A stretch of 60,018 bases of DNA from a virus (lineage: Duplodnaviria > Caudoviricetes). The stretch lies in the IMG/VR virus record IMGVR_UViG_3300020083_000009, positions 1 through 60,018 of that record. One strand, 5' to 3'. The notes beneath the pieces were generated by a model. The model had not been told where the DNA came from and made no database searches. It worked only from the letters and a program-made list of their open reading frames with translations. Below are positions 1-8,407 of this stretch, piece after piece (positions within the stretch are counted from its first letter, which is position 1; every line of letters starts with the position of its first letter). The position numbers and the translations under genes were made by a program.

Positions 1-1
1 G

Positions 2-175
2 TTGCTCAACTGCCCCACGGTTCCAGCTGCTGAAGAACGTGACTGCCTCCAGAATACGCTGTGCCTCATAGGGCACCTGATCGCATCCATCATACACGCT
101 CAGCAGGTCATCCATCCGATCACACGCTAGTTTGTGGATGATGGCGTAGGTCTCTTCGCTCAGGGTGATGGTCAT
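2..175 (-). CDS. hypothetical early protein, runs off window edge (MTITLSEETYAIIHKL...)
   Basis: Hand-translated open frame from ATG at 175, downstream of a TATAAT box. Confidence 0.7.
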   Translation of the reverse strand, partial: MTITLSEETYAIIHKLACDRMDDLLSVYDGCDQVPYEAQRILEAVTFFSSWNRGAVEQ

Positions 176-196
176 AGGTCTGTTGCTTATGAGAAT

Positions 197-241
197 ATTA
201 TAGGGGTAGTTTCACCCCTTTCTAGGGTGAGTGTGCCAGTT
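197..241 (-). promoter_or_regulatory. early promoter with hairpin spacer and upstream AACTGGCACA motif
   Basis: TATAAT at 202-197; spacer forms AGGGGT/ACCCCT inverted repeat; -35 is weak. Confidence 0.6.
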
Positions 242-243
242 CC

Positions 244-567
244 TCAAGTGTCCTCGTCTTCTGTCATCTGTTTCAGTTCTTCCATAACATCTTCTAAAGG
301 ATAGGTTTTAACTTTGCCACTTTGAACATCCTCAACCATTCGTTGTAGATGCTCTAAAAAATCTTTGGATAGTGTATTGTCCTCTCCAAGAGATTGCCAG
401 AACCAGTCATAACATTCTTCATAAGGGTCATCATACCACATCAGTGCATAATCCTTATAGTTGCCTGTCATTAGATCAGACCAAATGCGAAATGATCCTC
501 TAATGCTCTGCCACCCTGTCATCCAGCAGTGATTGATGTAGTAATCAAACCAGTTCATGCTACTCAT
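244..567 (-). CDS. hypothetical cyanophage protein
   Basis: 107-aa ORF overlapping upstream gene in the early array. Confidence 0.75.
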   Translation of the reverse strand: MSSMNWFDYYINHCWMTGWQSIRGSFRIWSDLMTGNYKDYALMWYDDPYEECYDWFWQSLGEDNTLSKDFLEHLQRMVEDVQSGKVKTYPLEDVMEELKQMTEDEDT

Positions 568-847
568 TTATGGAATCTATTTCATCAAGATACTTCCAGT
601 TCCAGGTTCTTCCAAATACATCCAAATCAAATCCAAACTTATAAGCCCAGAAAATAATGCTAAAGAGTGTATTGTTACCTAAACTGAGTTGTATGTAGGG
701 AGAACTGGGATAATCATTCCATGAGAAGGAGACCTGTAGAATGGAGTGATTCTTCAGTGGTTTAGGAAAGTGAGATTCAAAGTTTAGAATCTGCACATAA
801 TAATCATCACCATAGTCTTCACGATGCTTGAATCGAATAAGTGTCAT
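560..847 (-). CDS. hypothetical cyanophage protein
   Basis: 95-aa ORF, coupled to neighbours. Confidence 0.75.
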   Translation of the reverse strand: MTLIRFKHREDYGDDYYVQILNFESHFPKPLKNHSILQVSFSWNDYPSSPYIQLSLGNNTLFSIIFWAYKFGFDLDVFGRTWNWKYLDEIDSINE

Positions 848-963
848 AGAGATAACTTACCTGGGTCGGGGACATCTTGGTGCAAGTAGGGTTGCACTTT
901 TACATATTTAAACACAAAGGCAAGTGCAAGACCAATGTACACAATCGGAAGAAAGTTTTTCAT
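844..963 (-). CDS. small membrane protein (39 aa)
   Basis: MKNFLPIVYIGLALAFVFKY...; ATGA overlaps at both ends. Confidence 0.6.
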   Translation of the reverse strand: MKNFLPIVYIGLALAFVFKYVKVQPYLHQDVPDPGKLSL

Positions 964-1109
964 TTACATTCAGGGTGTGGTTGTTTGCAATACTCTTGTT
1001 TGGCAGTCTCTTTATAATAAGACTTGAACAGTTTCTCATCACGATGAATGAGAGAGACATTATACATCAAAATGCCAATAACTGCAAGAAAGATGTATGT
1101 AGTTTTCAT
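960..1109 (-). CDS. small membrane-anchored protein (49 aa)
   Basis: MKTTYIFLAVIGILMYN...; ATGA overlaps at both ends. Confidence 0.65.
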   Translation of the reverse strand: MKTTYIFLAVIGILMYNVSLIHRDEKLFKSYYKETAKQEYCKQPHPECK

Positions 1110-1282
1110 GCGTTGTAACCTTGTGTTTTTAGGATAGCACGGCGAGCATCATAAGCAAGAAACTGATTTGCAAACTCAGCCACCTTTTGATGGGTGTCAC
1201 GATGATACAATCCCCAACGTGATGTGCCTACGATTCCACGAATCACGTAGGGATTGTCAATGCCAAGAGGATAGGGTTTCAT
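1106..1282 (-). CDS. hypothetical protein (MKPYPLGIDNP...)
   Basis: Internal ATG of ORF 1106..1348 gives an ATGA overlap with upstream gene. Confidence 0.65.
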   Translation of the reverse strand: MKPYPLGIDNPYVIRGIVGTSRWGLYHRDTHQKVAEFANQFLAYDARRAILKTQGYNA

Positions 1283-1461
1283 TTGATAAAATCGGGAAGT
1301 GGTTTGCCCTGGATACGCATCAGGTTTGTGAAACGCTCCATGTCCCAAGAATAGTAGATCCAGGGATTGCTGTCAAGGTCAGTGTGTGGTGGTTTCATGA
1401 CAGCATTGGAGAAGAAGTCTCCACGACCGTCTGGATTGTGTTCGGTGAATGGAAGTGCCAT
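1279..1461 (-). CDS. hypothetical protein (MALPFTEHNPDG...)
   Basis: ATG 21 nt downstream of a consensus promoter -10 box. Confidence 0.65.
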   Translation of the reverse strand: MALPFTEHNPDGRGDFFSNAVMKPPHTDLDSNPWIYYSWDMERFTNLMRIQGKPLPDFIK

Positions 1462-1482
1462 TGTAGTGTGACGTATGAAGGT

Positions 1483-1512
1483 ATTATAGGGGGCTGGAAG
1501 CCCCCTTGTCAA
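1483..1512 (-). promoter_or_regulatory. sigma70-like early promoter with hairpin spacer
   Basis: TTGACA-N18-TATAAT; spacer AGGGGGC-TTCCA-GCCCCC(T). Confidence 0.8.
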
Positions 1513-1515
1513 GTA

Positions 1516-1923
1516 TTAGAGGTAAAGATAGCCTCCAGCCCAGTCAGCCTGCTCGTAGAGCCTCTCACGGCTCTCTTCGTCAAGCACGTTATACCGTACA
1601 TGCTTTGCAGGTGCCTGCCAGTTGGCTGGCTTGTAGACATCGCCAGTGGTACGATCAATGAAAGCATGAACAGACTTCTGACCCCCAGTGTCCCTAAAGA
1701 TCAGTTTAATGTACTTACGACCGACTTTTGTATAAAACTCAGCATCAATACCGTGATTGTTAATGTGATCAATCTTGGATTGATGATAGTCCATGTTGAT
1801 CTCTTCACGAATCGAACGTTTGTGAGAACATAGTTGTTGTGTTTTGAGATGCATGTAAAGAACATCACACAGCATCACTGCATAATGTTCAATTTTGTCA
1901 GCAGTCAGAGTGGTGTTGTACAT
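1516..1923 (-). CDS. conserved phage hypothetical protein
   Basis: GRKYIK...SVHAFID..TGDVYKPA.W.APAK motif, common in phages. Confidence 0.8.
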   Translation of the reverse strand: MYNTTLTADKIEHYAVMLCDVLYMHLKTQQLCSHKRSIREEINMDYHQSKIDHINNHGIDAEFYTKVGRKYIKLIFRDTGGQKSVHAFIDRTTGDVYKPANWQAPAKHVRYNVLDEESRERLYEQADWAGGYLYL

Positions 1924-1925
1924 GA

Positions 1926-2129
1926 TCAGAGTGTGAATGCTTTGGAAACGAGGACTTCATCGGATTTAGAATACTTTTCGTAAATCCAATCGCTGTTCTC
2001 AACATTGAGATAGGTGTGAAGACTGCCATCGGAGTCTTCCTTCATGTAGGAGCCCACCCACTTGTCGTAGATGTAGCCACCTTTGAGAAGCTCTTGTTCA
2101 AAGTTCATGGCATCAGTTGCGTTGACCAA
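1926..2129 (-). CDS. hypothetical protein
   Basis: 67-aa ORF in array; start uncertain. Confidence 0.6.
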   Translation of the reverse strand: MVNATDAMNFEQELLKGGYIYDKWVGSYMKEDSDGSLHTYLNVENSDWIYEKYSKSDEVLVSKAFTL

Positions 2130-2157
2130 TTTAGTATGAGGCAGAATTGGAGCAGAA

Positions 2158-2679
2158 TCAAGCCGTAGTGGACACCTTCGGAAGTATCACATCACGAAAC
2201 AGCTCTGCCAATTCATATGCCCAAAACCTCTTCCTATCATCATTTTCCATCGCAGCTTTAAACATTTTGTTATATTCAATCCATTGTTCTTTTGTTGTAT
2301 TCATGTCAATGTCAGAAACACATGCTGTTGCCCAAGAGATAAAATTATTTAAGTTGCTTTGATTCCATTCATCAGAATGATGATCACTGACAAACATAAA
2401 GTCTAACCTAAGATCTTGACTGCGATAATTTTCTTGCAAAAGACGATTGTAAAGATATGGTGTTTTAATTTTACTTAAAGTGTAATCACAAACGCCAACA
2501 CGTTCAAAACACCGTGGATATTCATATCCTTTACCGAATTGCTCTCTACCACGCTTAATTCGACTCATCCACTTATTAAGTTCATGATTATGAAGTTCAA
2601 ACTCCCAGTATTCACCAGGATTTACCTCTTCTTTGAGTGCAGACCACTCATCAAAGGTGAGAAAAATGTTCCGTCGCAT
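2158..2679 (-). CDS. hypothetical protein (173 aa)
   Basis: ORF directly downstream of its own promoter. Confidence 0.75.
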   Translation of the reverse strand: MRRNIFLTFDEWSALKEEVNPGEYWEFELHNHELNKWMSRIKRGREQFGKGYEYPRCFERVGVCDYTLSKIKTPYLYNRLLQENYRSQDLRLDFMFVSDHHSDEWNQSNLNNFISWATACVSDIDMNTTKEQWIEYNKMFKAAMENDDRKRFWAYELAELFRDVILPKVSTTA

Positions 2680-2704
2680 TGGAATGAACCTTGACTACTC
2701 ACAT

Positions 2705-2751
2705 AGCATAAGACCCCCAAGGCGTCTTGCCAAGGGGGTCAGTGGACAGTT
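2705..2751 (-). promoter_or_regulatory. early promoter inside GACCCCC/GGGGGTC inverted repeat, with AACTGTCCAC upstream motif
   Basis: TTGGCA-N17-TATGCT. Confidence 0.6.
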
Positions 2752-2753
2752 AA

Positions 2754-3131
2754 TCAATCGTTACAACCGAGGAGCAACCCACCACCAACAGCACCTAGAG
2801 GGATTGACCAGCCGTAAGCATCAGGTTTTGATATGCTGGCTGCAATTCCACCACCCAACAGAGCACCAAAAATGGTATTAGATGGCGTACATACTGTGCT
2901 TCGTTGATATTGTGGCTGTGATTGTCGATAGTACGTTGACCCAGAACATTGATCCTTGTAGGATTCTGTTTTGACGTAACCTGGAGTATAATTCCCATAA
3001 CGATCATAGCCACCAGGCATGTAAACTTCTCGATAACGAGTTTGTTCACAAAATTCATTGGAGTTTGAGTATTGTGCTGCAGCAGGTAATGCTGCTAATA
3101 CCATAAATGGTATTAAGAATAGACTTTTCAT
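2754..3131 (-). CDS. exported protein with C-terminal glycine zipper
   Basis: Signal peptide MKSLFLIPFMVLAALPAAA; GALLGGGIAA...LGAVGGGLLLG. Confidence 0.75.
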   Translation of the reverse strand: MKSLFLIPFMVLAALPAAAQYSNSNEFCEQTRYREVYMPGGYDRYGNYTPGYVKTESYKDQCSGSTYYRQSQPQYQRSTVCTPSNTIFGALLGGGIAASISKPDAYGWSIPLGAVGGGLLLGCND

Positions 3132-3134
3132 TTG

Positions 3135-3296
3135 TTAGAAATCGTAGGATGAACCTAGATATGCCTCAAAATCATTAGATTCATCATCCATGTCAAGATC
3201 CCAAATATCATCAGATTCTAGGAGTTCTTCAACTTCATCACGAAACAGCATTTGAGGCATTTCTTCAATGTTAGGACGATCTGTGAAGTGTGTCAT
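3135..3296 (-). CDS. small acidic hypothetical protein
   Basis: MTHFTDRP...; fills the gap in the array. Confidence 0.6.
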   Translation of the reverse strand: MTHFTDRPNIEEMPQMLFRDEVEELLESDDIWDLDMDDESNDFEAYLGSSYDF

Positions 3297-3297
3297 G

Positions 3298-3447
3298 TCA
3301 GTAAGAAACAATTTCAATCAGTTCTTGACGAAGATCTTCATAATCTTCCTCAAGCATTTCCCGCTCTTCTGCGGAAAGATTATGTTTAAGAAGAGACTGG
3401 ATGCGGGACATTTCCGCTTTGATTTGTTTAGTATTCATGGTAGACAT
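3298..3447 (-). CDS. small helical hypothetical protein
   Basis: MSTMNTKQIKAEM... Confidence 0.6.
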   Translation of the reverse strand: MSTMNTKQIKAEMSRIQSLLKHNLSAEEREMLEEDYEDLRQELIEIVSY

Positions 3448-3454
3448 AAAGGGG

Positions 3455-3476
3455 AAATAAAGGGGGCAGAGCCCCC
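3455..3476 (-). terminator. probable intrinsic terminator
   Basis: GGGGGC-TCT-GCCCCC stem followed by TTTATTT. Confidence 0.5.
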
Positions 3477-3517
3477 CGCAAATACACTTCAATGAAACAC
3501 AAATAAACTAAATCAAA

Positions 3518-3751
3518 TCAAACGAGAACTGGCTTCAGCAACTCGTTTTTCAGAGCGGTATTCACAAAACGACCCACAGAACCGTTTTGATCAGCGATCT
3601 CACCTTCCAGTTGCACCGTGAAAGATGCAGGATCAGTGATTTCGTAGACATACTCACGATTGCCTTTAAAGACAATGTTAGCACGGTTAGCGGTCACAGT
3701 GATACCGTTGTCAACGATAGCAGAGGAACCAGTAAAGTTGAAAGTACGCAT
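3518..3751 (-). CDS. KTSC-like small protein
   Basis: SSAI...IVF.GNREYVY...SVGRFVN pattern resembles KTSC domain. Confidence 0.55.
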   Translation of the reverse strand: MRTFNFTGSSAIVDNGITVTANRANIVFKGNREYVYEITDPASFTVQLEGEIADQNGSVGRFVNTALKNELLKPVLV

Positions 3752-3813
3752 AGTAAAAAACAACAAGTAAGGGACAGATGGAGTCTTTGGGGCGCTGCCA
3801 TTCCCATATGTAT

Positions 3814-3843
3814 ATTATACAGTCAAATAGCTAGGGATGTCAA
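3814..3843 (-). promoter_or_regulatory. sigma70-like early promoter
   Basis: TTGACA-N18-TATAAT in the 3' end of the upstream gene. Confidence 0.75.
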
Positions 3844-4276
3844 CCCTCTCAACTGGACCCCAACCAATCTTGTAAGCTTTCCAGTTGCCATTGAGATCAA
3901 ACAGGTAAGCATACTCTTCACCACCCATTTTACCAGAAACAAACTCATCAAAGCTGCTGATGTCAGGTTCATTCATCTCACCACGCTCAGAATGATACAG
4001 TGGTTGTGCATCACGAGTGTGAGAATAAGACCAACTACCAGCATCATCTTCAATGATTTTGCCGTTTTCATCACGAAGAGCAGAACTCTCCCAGGTGTGA
4101 GTGGTACGAAGAGAAGACATAGAACCACCATCAATGAGATCTTTGACAGCATCACGATCTTGATAGTGCTGCACAAGGATCCTACCATTGTGCTCAACAT
4201 AACCATCCCAGTGGCAGTAGACACTAACCACGGTATGATCAGCGAGTTCGTAACCGATACGAGAACGAGTGCCCAT
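3815..4276 (-). CDS. conserved phage hypothetical protein
   Basis: MGTRSRIG...SVYCHWDGY...EEYAYLF family motif. Confidence 0.8.
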   Translation of the reverse strand: MGTRSRIGYELADHTVVSVYCHWDGYVEHNGRILVQHYQDRDAVKDLIDGGSMSSLRTTHTWESSALRDENGKIIEDDAGSWSYSHTRDAQPLYHSERGEMNEPDISSFDEFVSGKMGGEEYAYLFDLNGNWKAYKIGWGPVERVDIPSYLTV

Positions 4277-4319
4277 TGGATTAGAAGCGAAGTGGTGAGG
4301 CTCTGTGCCTCATGAGATC

Positions 4320-4348
4320 AATATAAGGGATAGCCACGACCTTGGCAA
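4320..4348 (-). promoter_or_regulatory. sigma70-like early promoter
   Basis: TTGCCA-N17-TATATT. Confidence 0.6.
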
Positions 4349-4373
4349 CCCCCTGAACCATCAGAGTTTCTTA

Positions 4374-4610
4374 TCAGTCAGAAGCACGGTAGGGTCGAGG
4401 AGGAGTTGCCTGAGGTTTAAGGGCAGGCTCATCACAACCCAGCACAAGGTAGTAGTGTGTGATGCCAGTCTTCAGGTGCTTCTCGATCTTGATGTCCATG
4501 ATGTCCAATACGGAATCATCAATGTCATCAAACAACCTATCACATGTCCTAATATCTGCATTAGGATCGTTGAGAGAGTTCAACAGCTCAACTAGATTTT
4601 GAATCTTCAT
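4374..4610 (-). CDS. hypothetical protein
   Basis: MKIQNLVELL... Confidence 0.65.
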   Translation of the reverse strand: MKIQNLVELLNSLNDPNADIRTCDRLFDDIDDSVLDIMDIKIEKHLKTGITHYYLVLGCDEPALKPQATPPRPYRASD

Positions 4611-4800
4611 GGTAATCAGAAAAATCGGGGGAACAATACACAGTGTCATCAGTTTCATCAGCCCATGCTAGAAACTCAGCTCCAAGGGCAAGGGCATCAT
4701 CATGACGATCATCACAGAGAAGTTCAGTCATGCGTTCCTGTGCCCATCCAAGGCAACTGGTAACATAACTCGTCATGTCTTTTAGTTCATCGTGGTCCAT
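4588..4800 (-). CDS. hypothetical protein
   Basis: MDHDELKDMT...; start just after upstream stop. Confidence 0.65.
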   Translation of the reverse strand: MDHDELKDMTSYVTSCLGWAQERMTELLCDDRHDDALALGAEFLAWADETDDTVYCSPDFSDYHEDSKSS

Positions 4801-4801
4801 G

Positions 4802-5035
4802 TCAAGTTGTGAATGAATCGACAATCCGACTTTTTTGGTCTTCTGCGAGAAGAAACTTTTGAGCCTTTTTGATGTTTTCCATAGCTTGTGAATAATACTC
4901 AGAATAGTAGTCATCGTCCCACTCAACAATAAGATCATAACACTCTTCGTCAGTTTTAGCAATCACTGACAAAACGCCACCATACTCAGATGAGGGGAAA
5001 GGAACCCAGTAGTCAATGATGTACAGATAAGTCAT
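4802..5035 (-). CDS. conserved cyanophage hypothetical protein
   Basis: YLYIIDYWVPFPSSEYGG motif. Confidence 0.75.
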   Translation of the reverse strand: MTYLYIIDYWVPFPSSEYGGVLSVIAKTDEECYDLIVEWDDDYYSEYYSQAMENIKKAQKFLLAEDQKSRIVDSFTT

Positions 5036-5160
5036 TTGCGATAAGGAGAGTTGTAGTAGGAACGAAAAACAGAAACAAGAATAACGAGCGTTGAAACCAC
5101 ACCAATAAGACCAAGGAAGGTGGTGGCATCACCGCTAAAATTGAGAGTGTCGGGTGTCAT
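5032..5160 (-). CDS. small single-TM protein
   Basis: MTPDTLNFSGD..FLGLIGVVSTLVILV; ATGA overlaps. Confidence 0.65.
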   Translation of the reverse strand: MTPDTLNFSGDATTFLGLIGVVSTLVILVSVFRSYYNSPYRK

Positions 5161-5339
5161 TTTTTGAAAAGAAGTTGAATGGTAAAGGTAATTACAAGCC
5201 ATTTCCAATAGGGAAGAACCATCATTGGAAACAACCAGGAGCAAGACAGAGACAACAACCACGCTATAAGAAGCGTAACTGTAACGGCACCAAGAACTTC
5301 TCCAACGAGTTGATCTGTGGTTTTATCCTTAGATGTCAT
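5157..5339 (-). CDS. small 2-TM membrane protein
   Basis: Hydrophobic 60-aa ORF. Confidence 0.65.
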   Translation of the reverse strand: MTSKDKTTDQLVGEVLGAVTVTLLIAWLLSLSCSWLFPMMVLPYWKWLVITFTIQLLFKK

Positions 5340-5473
5340 TCTACAAACTCCATAAGGTAATAGTCAACTGTGACTTCAAGCTCTGCCGCTTTGCTTTCAA
5401 GCTCCATAGCAAACTCATGTGCCAGTTGCTCGTCTTCGTGGGCGCAAAAAAGATCAAGAGTCGATTTATGCAT
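5336..5473 (-). CDS. small hypothetical protein (45 aa)
   Basis: MHKSTLDLF...AAELEVTVDYYLMEFVE, hand-translated. Confidence 0.7.
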   Translation of the reverse strand: MHKSTLDLFCAHEDEQLAHEFAMELESKAAELEVTVDYYLMEFVE

Positions 5474-5494
5474 GGTTAGAAACGTAACATGGAC

Positions 5495-5523
5495 AGTATA
5501 GAGGATTTAGTGTGGCTTGTCAA
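5495..5523 (-). promoter_or_regulatory. sigma70-like early promoter
   Basis: TTGACA-N17-TATACT. Confidence 0.75.
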
Positions 5524-5668
5524 CTGGTAGGTCAGATTTATCTTGTAGGCTCCGAACAAAGAGTTCAGTAAACCGTTGCATCTTATCAGGATGGACGCTG
5601 GCTGGATAATCGTTGATGGCTCTTCGTAAAGTGTCCATCTCATTCCATTCCTCTGTGTTCAGTGTCAT
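5507..5668 (-). CDS. small hypothetical protein (53 aa)
   Basis: MTLNTEEWNEM...PASVHPDKMQRFTELF, hand-translated. Confidence 0.65.
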   Translation of the reverse strand: MTLNTEEWNEMDTLRRAINDYPASVHPDKMQRFTELFVRSLQDKSDLPVDKPH

Positions 5669-6107
5669 TGTTTACCTCTGTGTTAGGATTTGCTAACTTT
5701 ACAATACTATCTAGGGATGTCAACGACTCTTTCTTTTGTTTTAAGGATTCATCCGCCAGGAAGTTGTCTAATGAGTCAAAATCATCCTTAAGTTCTTGGA
5801 TTTTCTTTTTGTCGTGGTAGAATGCCCACAGAGCATTGTGAACGTCCATCAGATGATCAATCCAAAACCCAGCAGGATAGATTCCAAGTGCATCTTGCAG
5901 ACCACGATGACTCGTTCCTTCACTTTCTGCCTTACACATAATATAACAGATAGCCTGAACTAGATCGAGTTTATCCGATTCAGAAAGCATAAAATACTTT
6001 CCTACTGCACGTTGCCTTGCCTCTTCATTTGCCTTCTGAAGTTCCTTGAAAGCATCAGAGTCCCACCATTCTTGAAGGGATTTACCAAGTTTGTTAGGTT
6101 CAGTCAT
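5640..6107 (-). CDS. hypothetical protein
   Basis: MTEPNKLGKSLQEWW... internal start of 179-aa ORF. Confidence 0.7.
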   Translation of the reverse strand: MTEPNKLGKSLQEWWDSDAFKELQKANEEARQRAVGKYFMLSESDKLDLVQAICYIMCKAESEGTSHRGLQDALGIYPAGFWIDHLMDVHNALWAFYHDKKKIQELKDDFDSLDNFLADESLKQKKESLTSLDSIVKLANPNTEVNNDTEHRGME

Positions 6108-6330
6108 CTTTTCCAAAAAATGTGCCGAATAGACCAGAATCACCTGGCTTACGATTTTCAAGTTTGTCCAACAGTGCATCAGTATGAATTACACTATCAA
6201 TACGAGTGATGAGATCTGCAATTACACTGCAAACCATAGGACGTTCTTGACGTGAAGCATAAGACAATGCATTACGCAAGTTTGCTTCTGCTTCTTTCAA
6301 AGATTCTTCAACAGATTGTGATAGTGCCAT
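6100..6330 (-). CDS. conserved cyanophage hypothetical protein
   Basis: MALSQSVEESLKEAEANLRNAL..A.R.ERP. Confidence 0.75.
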   Translation of the reverse strand: MALSQSVEESLKEAEANLRNALSYASRQERPMVCSVIADLITRIDSVIHTDALLDKLENRKPGDSGLFGTFFGKDD

Positions 6331-6333
6331 GGA

Positions 6334-6597
6334 TCATTCCTCAGTAAGATATCTAGATTTTTGTGACTGATAATCTTCTGGATAGGTTTCTTTAATAAAA
6401 GCATTACATTCCAGGCTCAAATCAGATACGATATATTGAAGGAATTGTAATCCAGCAGGAGAAAACTCCTTCAAATCATCAGTCTTGAAGAAACGATTTG
6501 CTACCTCTTTATGAAGCAACACCTTTTCATCAAGTTTTTGGGAGAAGAACTGTGTCCACTCCTCTGCGTGTTCTTGGCTTTTAAAATTAAGAATCAT
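6334..6597 (-). CDS. hypothetical protein
   Basis: 87-aa ORF. Confidence 0.7.
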   Translation of the reverse strand: MILNFKSQEHAEEWTQFFSQKLDEKVLLHKEVANRFFKTDDLKEFSPAGLQFLQYIVSDLSLECNAFIKETYPEDYQSQKSRYLTEE

Positions 6598-7187
6598 TTG
6601 GGTTCTCCCACTTTACGAATTTCAAATGCACCGTCTTTACGATCAACCCACTCAATCTGGTCACCCTCACCCCAACCAGTGTGTTCTAACATATCTTGAG
6701 GAAAAGTAATTTTATAGTCTGTTTCGTAAGTGTCATCATTAATAACTTCTTCAACAGGAACTATCCAAGTTTTTTTCTTGGTAATTGTAGAGGTTGTATC
6801 AGCATGTGCTGCGGCATCACACATAGCATCAAGTTCTTCATCAGTATATTGATTATTTTCTTGCACTTTAGTAACTTTAGAGATATGTGGTAGATTATCA
6901 GAATGATTTTTCTTTTCAGGTGGCATCCAGAAACCATCATCAGTCATCCAATATCCAGCAGCAATCATCTCATCATAAGTTGCATCTTTCTTTTGATTAA
7001 CATCTTTCAATTTACACAACAATTCATATGCTTGAGAAGCATATTTCCTATGATGCTCATAATTTTCTGACACTGCATTCCAGATGCAATCATAAATTTC
7101 TTCTGCTGTTGCTTCACCAGAAGACATTGCATCATGCAGCCAGCTCTCAAGATTTTCAAGTGAATACTCTTTGTAATCAAAAGACAT
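6594..7187 (-). CDS. protein with C-terminal AbrB/MazE/SpoVT-like domain
   Basis: ITFPQDMLEHTGWGEGDQIEW...FEIRK. Confidence 0.65.
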   Translation of the reverse strand: MSFDYKEYSLENLESWLHDAMSSGEATAEEIYDCIWNAVSENYEHHRKYASQAYELLCKLKDVNQKKDATYDEMIAAGYWMTDDGFWMPPEKKNHSDNLPHISKVTKVQENNQYTDEELDAMCDAAAHADTTSTITKKKTWIVPVEEVINDDTYETDYKITFPQDMLEHTGWGEGDQIEWVDRKDGAFEIRKVGEPK

Positions 7188-7189
7188 AA

Positions 7190-7357
7190 TTAATCCCTCG
7201 GTTTTGGTTTGTTACACTCGTTACAGTAGTAGGAAAACCCACTCTTAAAGTATTTTACCACTTGATAGTGATCTTTGTCAAGGGGTTTCTCTTCATGACA
7301 ATTACTACATGTCCTTGAGGTGTTGTTTTTTTGCTTGCTTAAGTTGCTTGAGTTCAT
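7190..7357 (-). CDS. small zinc-ribbon protein
   Basis: CSNC...K....YYCNEC. Confidence 0.6.
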   Translation of the reverse strand: MNSSNLSKQKNNTSRTCSNCHEEKPLDKDHYQVVKYFKSGFSYYCNECNKPKPRD

Positions 7358-7478
7358 CTTTGATTTGTTTGTAGGCAATTGGAGCAGGAATTTTACCACC
7401 CATTTCCAGGGCGATGATAATGTCAACTCTTGTGCCAAAGTGTGCAAGTGCTCTTTCAAAGTCATCAAGGTCATACAT
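7305..7478 (-). CDS. conserved small hypothetical protein (57 aa)
   Basis: MYDLDDFERALAHFGTRVDIIIALEMGGKI..AYKQIK, hand-translated. Confidence 0.7.
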   Translation of the reverse strand: MYDLDDFERALAHFGTRVDIIIALEMGGKIPAPIAYKQIKDELKQLKQAKKQHLKDM

Positions 7479-7479
7479 T

Positions 7480-7743
7480 TTAGTTTTTATATATTTCTAA
7501 AGATAAAATATCTATGCGGGCATCCAATGAATTTTCAAGACGATACAATTCATTTGTAGTGTTAATATTCTCCTCTTCAAGAACTTTAATTCGATCCTCT
7601 AATTTAATAACCTGTTGAGTTAGAGATTGAAGTAGTTCAATCAAGGAATATTCATTATCATTAGCATCATAGCAGGTAATACGATACCGACTCTTATCGT
7701 TGTCAGTATTAGAGAAAAACCAATTAAATAATTGTTTGATCAT
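7480..7743 (-). CDS. coiled-coil hypothetical protein
   Basis: LEEENINTTNELYRLENSLDARID. Confidence 0.7.
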   Translation of the reverse strand: MIKQLFNWFFSNTDNDKSRYRITCYDANDNEYSLIELLQSLTQQVIKLEDRIKVLEEENINTTNELYRLENSLDARIDILSLEIYKN

Positions 7744-7879
7744 TTAACAGCAACCTCATTTAGATAAGCATAATAACGCATGAAAGATCCTAAACGACAG
7801 AGACTACCCAGACTAGCACAAAACTCCTGATATGGCAAGAACTCAAGGCAGAGTGTTGTTGAATCCAACACATGTTTAA

Positions 7880-8407
7880 TTAGATCCACTCTGGTCTCCG
7901 TTGTGGAAGACGAAGATAATTGCTGGCTACCCATGGTTTTGATGCAATGTACATTTTATAAGCAGTGAAGGTATCAATGCTTGTATCTAATTTATACTCA
8001 TCAGGCATTGCCCTGACAAATGATGTAGGTTCTTTTCCGCTACGACCTTGAATATCTGACGTTGGAAAGATTTCACTTGCATGTAGCAATGTGGTAAAGC
8101 AGGTATGTGTTTTACCATAACGTGCAGAATATTCTGCACACAAGGCAAATCCATGAGCAATCAACCATCGCCAATTATTGACATAGGATGATGCCCAGAT
8201 GGTACATGGATGATTACGAAAGGCACCCCTATCAGTAGCGTAAGGTGTGCCATCTGCTTTTGGAAGAGTGCCAAATCCATGCCCCCATTTGTCGGATGCA
8301 ACGATGGACAGCATTTGACAAGTTTCCAAGGGCATCTTGACAATATGCTTGTCAGGTAGCACAATGGCAGACTTGTAGGGATCGGGGTCAGTGACAAAAA
8401 TGTTCAT
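7880..8407 (-). CDS. pyrimidine-dimer DNA glycosylase (DenV)-like family protein
   Basis: MNIFVTD...DKHIVKMPLETCQMLS...NHPCTIW motif. Confidence 0.75.
   Translation of the reverse strand: MNIFVTDPDPYKSAIVLPDKHIVKMPLETCQMLSIVASDKWGHGFGTLPKADGTPYATDRGAFRNHPCTIWASSYVNNWRWLIAHGFALCAEYSARYGKTHTCFTTLLHASEIFPTSDIQGRSGKEPTSFVRAMPDEYKLDTSIDTFTAYKMYIASKPWVASNYLRLPQRRPEWI

Noticed and set aside
1168-4315. Long plus-strand ORFs 1168..1833 and 3587..4315
   Set aside because: Antisense to well-supported minus-strand genes and promoters; no recognisable motifs
7740-7934. 64-aa minus-strand ORF
   Set aside because: Start ambiguous and overlaps the DenV-like gene; a shorter gene may exist but cannot be supported
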